Part shown: one piece after another, positions 36,664 to 39,315 of the stretch | Position numbering within the stretch: the stretch's first letter is position 1 | Layout of the letters: every line of letters begins with the position of its first letter | NCBI GenBank assembly: GCA_964608525.1 | Contig: CAZSNJ010000003.1 | Coordinates: forward strand, 1-39,315 | Source of the DNA: Candidatus Woesearchaeota archaeon | Lineage (GTDB): Archaea > Nanobdellota > Nanobdellia > Pacearchaeales > GW2011-AR1 | Reading direction: 5' to 3' | Length of the DNA stretch: 39,315 nt | Made by a program: the position numbers and the translations under genes | Notes under the pieces: generated by a model | Told to the model about the DNA's origin: nothing | Databases searched by the model: none | What the model saw: only the letters and a program-made list of their open reading frames with translations

Positions 36664-37977
36664 TTATAATTTCTCAATACTTCTTGCAATCTGCAGCATT
36701 TTTTGTTCTTGAAACTTATCGCATATAATCTGCATTCCAACAGGAACTTCATTAATCTTTCCGGAAGGAATTGAAATTGCACAATTTCCAGCTAAATTTG
36801 CAGGAATTGTCAAAGCATCATAACTATACATATCTTTTAGTGAAATTTTCTCTCCAATTTTATGTGGAAGTCTTGGAACAGTTGGAGAAATTACACAATC
36901 AACTTTCTTAAAATTTTTTATAAATTCATCTTCAATTAATTTTTTAACTTTTAAAGCTAAATGATAATATCGTCCTAGATATTCTGCTTTTGTAATTTCA
37001 CTTCCCCCTAAAATTCTTCTTAAAACTTCTGGTCCTGCAACTTCTTCTATTTTTTTCCCATATCTTCTTCCATCAAATCTTCTAGTTGCAGAAAAAAATT
37101 CAACATAAACTAAAAGATAATAAGTTTCAATTGCCAAATCAATATGATTTATTTTAATTTTCTTTATTTTCCATTTATATTTATCAGCAGCTTTTTTTAT
37201 TTTATCATCAATTAATTCCTGTATTTTTTTGTTTTGAATCTCAAAATCTAAAACTCCGATTGTAATATTTTTAGGAACTTTTTCAATTTCCTTTAAATTT
37301 AATTTTTCTGAATCTTCTGTTATAGAATCATTTTCATCTTTTCCAGAAATAACACTTAATAATAATGCAGATTCATTTACATTTTTCGTTATTGGTCCAA
37401 TCTGATCTAAACTCATTGATAAATCAATTAATCCATATCTTGAAACAGATCCATATGTTGGTTTTATTCCAACAACTTCGCAATGGCTTGAAGGATTTCT
37501 AATGCTTCCACCAGTATCACTTCCCAAAGTCATATCACAAAAATTAGCTGAAACTGCTGCTGCACTTCCAGAACTTGATCCTCCAGGAATTAATTCTAAA
37601 CTTTTAGGATTTTTTGTTGGTTTATATGCACTTGTTTCTCCAGATGAACCACTACAAAATTCATCACAATTAGTCATTCCAATAATTAAACCATCTTCAT
37701 CTTTAATTTTTTTAATAACAGTTGCATCATATGGAGATTTATAGTCTTCTAATGTTTTTGATGCACATGAAGCATTAAGTCCTTTAACATTTATTGCAGA
37801 TTTTACTCCAATTATTTTTCCTGCAAGTTTTCCTTTGTTTTTTTTAGAATCAATTTTTTTTGCTTCTTCTAAAACATTTGGATTTAATTGTAAAAATGCA
37901 TTTATCTTATTTCCTTTTTGGTCGTTTTTTTTAATTTCTTCAAGATATTTTTTTAGTTTTTGTTGTGTTTTCACCAT
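36664..37977 (-). CDS. gatA: Asp/Glu-tRNA amidotransferase subunit A
   Basis: Amidase signature PGGSSSGS, GSDTGGSIR; RFDGRRYG, EVLRRILGG. Confidence 0.92.
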   Translation of the reverse strand: MVKTQQKLKKYLEEIKKNDQKGNKINAFLQLNPNVLEEAKKIDSKKNKGKLAGKIIGVKSAINVKGLNASCASKTLEDYKSPYDATVIKKIKDEDGLIIGMTNCDEFCSGSSGETSAYKPTKNPKSLELIPGGSSSGSAAAVSANFCDMTLGSDTGGSIRNPSSHCEVVGIKPTYGSVSRYGLIDLSMSLDQIGPITKNVNESALLLSVISGKDENDSITEDSEKLNLKEIEKVPKNITIGVLDFEIQNKKIQELIDDKIKKAADKYKWKIKKIKINHIDLAIETYYLLVYVEFFSATRRFDGRRYGKKIEEVAGPEVLRRILGGSEITKAEYLGRYYHLALKVKKLIEDEFIKNFKKVDCVISPTVPRLPHKIGEKISLKDMYSYDALTIPANLAGNCAISIPSGKINEVPVGMQIICDKFQEQKMLQIARSIEKL

Positions 37978-38228
37978 TTTTTTTTCTCTGCAATTATAAA
38001 ATCCTTATTTTTATTTGGAGCATTTTCAAACATAATTTTTTTAAATTCATTACTCTCTTCATATAACTCTCCTTCTTCTCTTTCGCCATTTTCTCTCTCA
38101 ATTAAAGATTCTTCTATTTTTTTATCAATCCGACTTAATTTTTTAGAAAAAGAATCCATCATATTTTTAGCCTCTTTTTTTATTTCTTTTTTTTCTTTTT
38201 CAGATACTTCATGCCATAAAAAATCCAT
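37971..38228 (-). CDS. gatC: GatC-like amidotransferase subunit
   Basis: 85 aa overlapping the gatA start; ERE...MFENAP....FII.EK pattern. Confidence 0.7.
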   Translation of the reverse strand: MDFLWHEVSEKEKKEIKKEAKNMMDSFSKKLSRIDKKIEESLIERENGEREEGELYEESNEFKKIMFENAPNKNKDFIIAEKKKW

Positions 38229-38257
38229 GATAATTCTAAGAAGAAGTAATTTAAAAA

Positions 38258-38371
38258 TTAATCTATATCTAGAAGAATATAATCTCCACAACATCCAACA
38301 TTATAAACTTCTGTTTTTCCTATTTTCTTTTTTCCTTTTCCTTCATGAATATGTCCACAAAGAACATGTTT
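38258..38371 (-). pseudogene. 3' remnant of a calcineurin-like metallophosphoesterase
   Basis: KHVLCGHIHEGKGKKKIGKTEVYNVG...stop; GHIHE motif; in-frame TAA directly upstream and no start codon. Confidence 0.7.
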
Positions 38372-38409
38372 TTAGCAAGTTTTAAATAAAACAAAATTTT
38401 TAGTGGTTT

Positions 38410-38959
38410 ATGAAATTTGAAGATTTTGAAAAAATTTTAAAGAAAACTATTAGAGAATTTAAGGATATAGAGAAATTTGGATATCTAGGAATCATGGGTT
38501 CTCAAAATACTGAAAGAGATATTGATATGATAAGAGAACTCAGATTTAGTAGCATTCACCTGGTTAAGTTTTCAAAATGAAGTAGAATATTTATCAAAAG
38601 AAAATCCAAAAAAAGATATTTTCTTACATTTGATATCTTTTCCAGATATGTCTCCAATGATAGAAGAAACAAAAAAAGCCATGTTTAAATCTAAAAGATA
38701 TTATGGAAAAAAGGAAAAATTATTAGATATTTCATTAACAAATAAGGATTTTTATTATAATCGCTTAAATTTTATAAATTGTCTTTATTCTAGATATCCC
38801 AAGAAACTTGAAACAAAGAAGATTCATGAAATAATTTCTTATATTTTCAAGCACAATAATGGAAAAATAAATCTTAAGAATAAGACTAATAAAGAGATTT
38901 ATTTTGAATGTTGTGATTTCTTAGATTCTAAGTCAAAACCTATCAAATTAGGGAGTTAA
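38410..38959 (+). pseudogene. frameshifted Pol-beta-like nucleotidyltransferase
   Basis: 38410-38580 encodes GIMGS....DID; a second frame is open 38534-38959; TATA-like TTTAAATA (38381-38388) 21 nt before the ATG. Confidence 0.55.
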
Positions 38960-39315
38960 ACGATCCCTATCTCTAGGAAACATCGTAGCTTCTTTAATAT
39001 TATCAAGTCCGCAAATAATTTGAGTCATTCTTTCAAGACCTAAACTCCACCCACTATGACTCGGTGCCCCGTACCGGAAACTATCAATATATGATTTAAA
39101 ATTTTTAGGATCAAGTCCATTTGCTTTTAATCTCTCTGTTAATAAACCAGGTATATGAATTCTCTGACCTCCAGAACAGATCTCAATTCCCTTGTAAATT
39201 GCATCAAACCCTTCAGAAAGTTTCTCATTTTTACTCAAACTCTTAGGCATAATGTAAAAGGGCTTTAAAGATAATGGCCAAGAATGAACAAAAACAATTG
39301 TATCTGGAAATTTTT
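38948..39315 (-). CDS. aspS: aspartyl-tRNA synthetase, C-terminal part (probably non-discriminating; truncated by window)
   Basis: KPFY, EICSGGQRIH, GAPSHSGWSLGLER, MFPRDRDRLTP; near gatC/gatA. Confidence 0.9.
   Translation of the reverse strand, partial: KFPDTIVFVHSWPLSLKPFYIMPKSLSKNEKLSEGFDAIYKGIEICSGGQRIHIPGLLTERLKANGLDPKNFKSYIDSFRYGAPSHSGWSLGLERMTQIICGLDNIKEATMFPRDRDRLTP

Noticed and set aside
3648-38385. Many short antisense ORFs in the track (e.g. 3648, 5562, 6496, 10207, 22261, 24930, 31226, 34213, 37960)
   Set aside because: They are shadows of well-supported genes on the opposite strand, with no motifs.
1-39315. CRISPR array, IS element, provirus or att duplication of tRNA ends
   Set aside because: No spaced repeats, transposase, integrase or repeated tRNA 3' fragments were recognised by eye.

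Overview
This is very AT-rich archaeal chromosomal DNA, most consistent with a DPANN archaeon (Pacearchaeota/Woesearchaeota-like; inferred from compact genes and protein style). Housekeeping genes dominate: radB, rpoL, scpB, aRF1, valS, Sec61beta, NAC, minD, metG, L15e, DNA ligase, TBP, MCM, RPA2-like, aIF2beta, aIF1A, ftsZ, tyw3, gatA/gatC and aspS. Single ORFans and bacterial-type accessory genes are interspersed: an HD-GYP phosphodiesterase, long-form PurC, AhpC/rubrerythrin/desulfoferrodoxin and an MBL hydrolase. Several features are missing from the ORF track. (1) A tRNA-Asn(GTT) carries two BHB-type introns (22/23 and 37/38) and is followed 16 nt later by a free-standing HNH endonuclease. 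(2) There is a tRNA-Ile(GAT). (3) MCM contains a 456-aa LAGLIDADG intein. (4) The MBL gene is split by one in-frame TGA at a Gly position. (5) An ORF between mcm and rpa is -1 frameshifted at T TTT TTA. (6) ftsZ has a long two-hairpin leader and an intrinsic-type terminator, although the window is otherwise mostly leaderless (TATA octamer 21 nt before ATG, including one palindromic TATA shared symmetrically by two divergent genes). (7) Broken or fused gene remnants lie near both ends. No CRISPR array, rRNA or transposase was seen. All family assignments come from motif recognition, not database searches.
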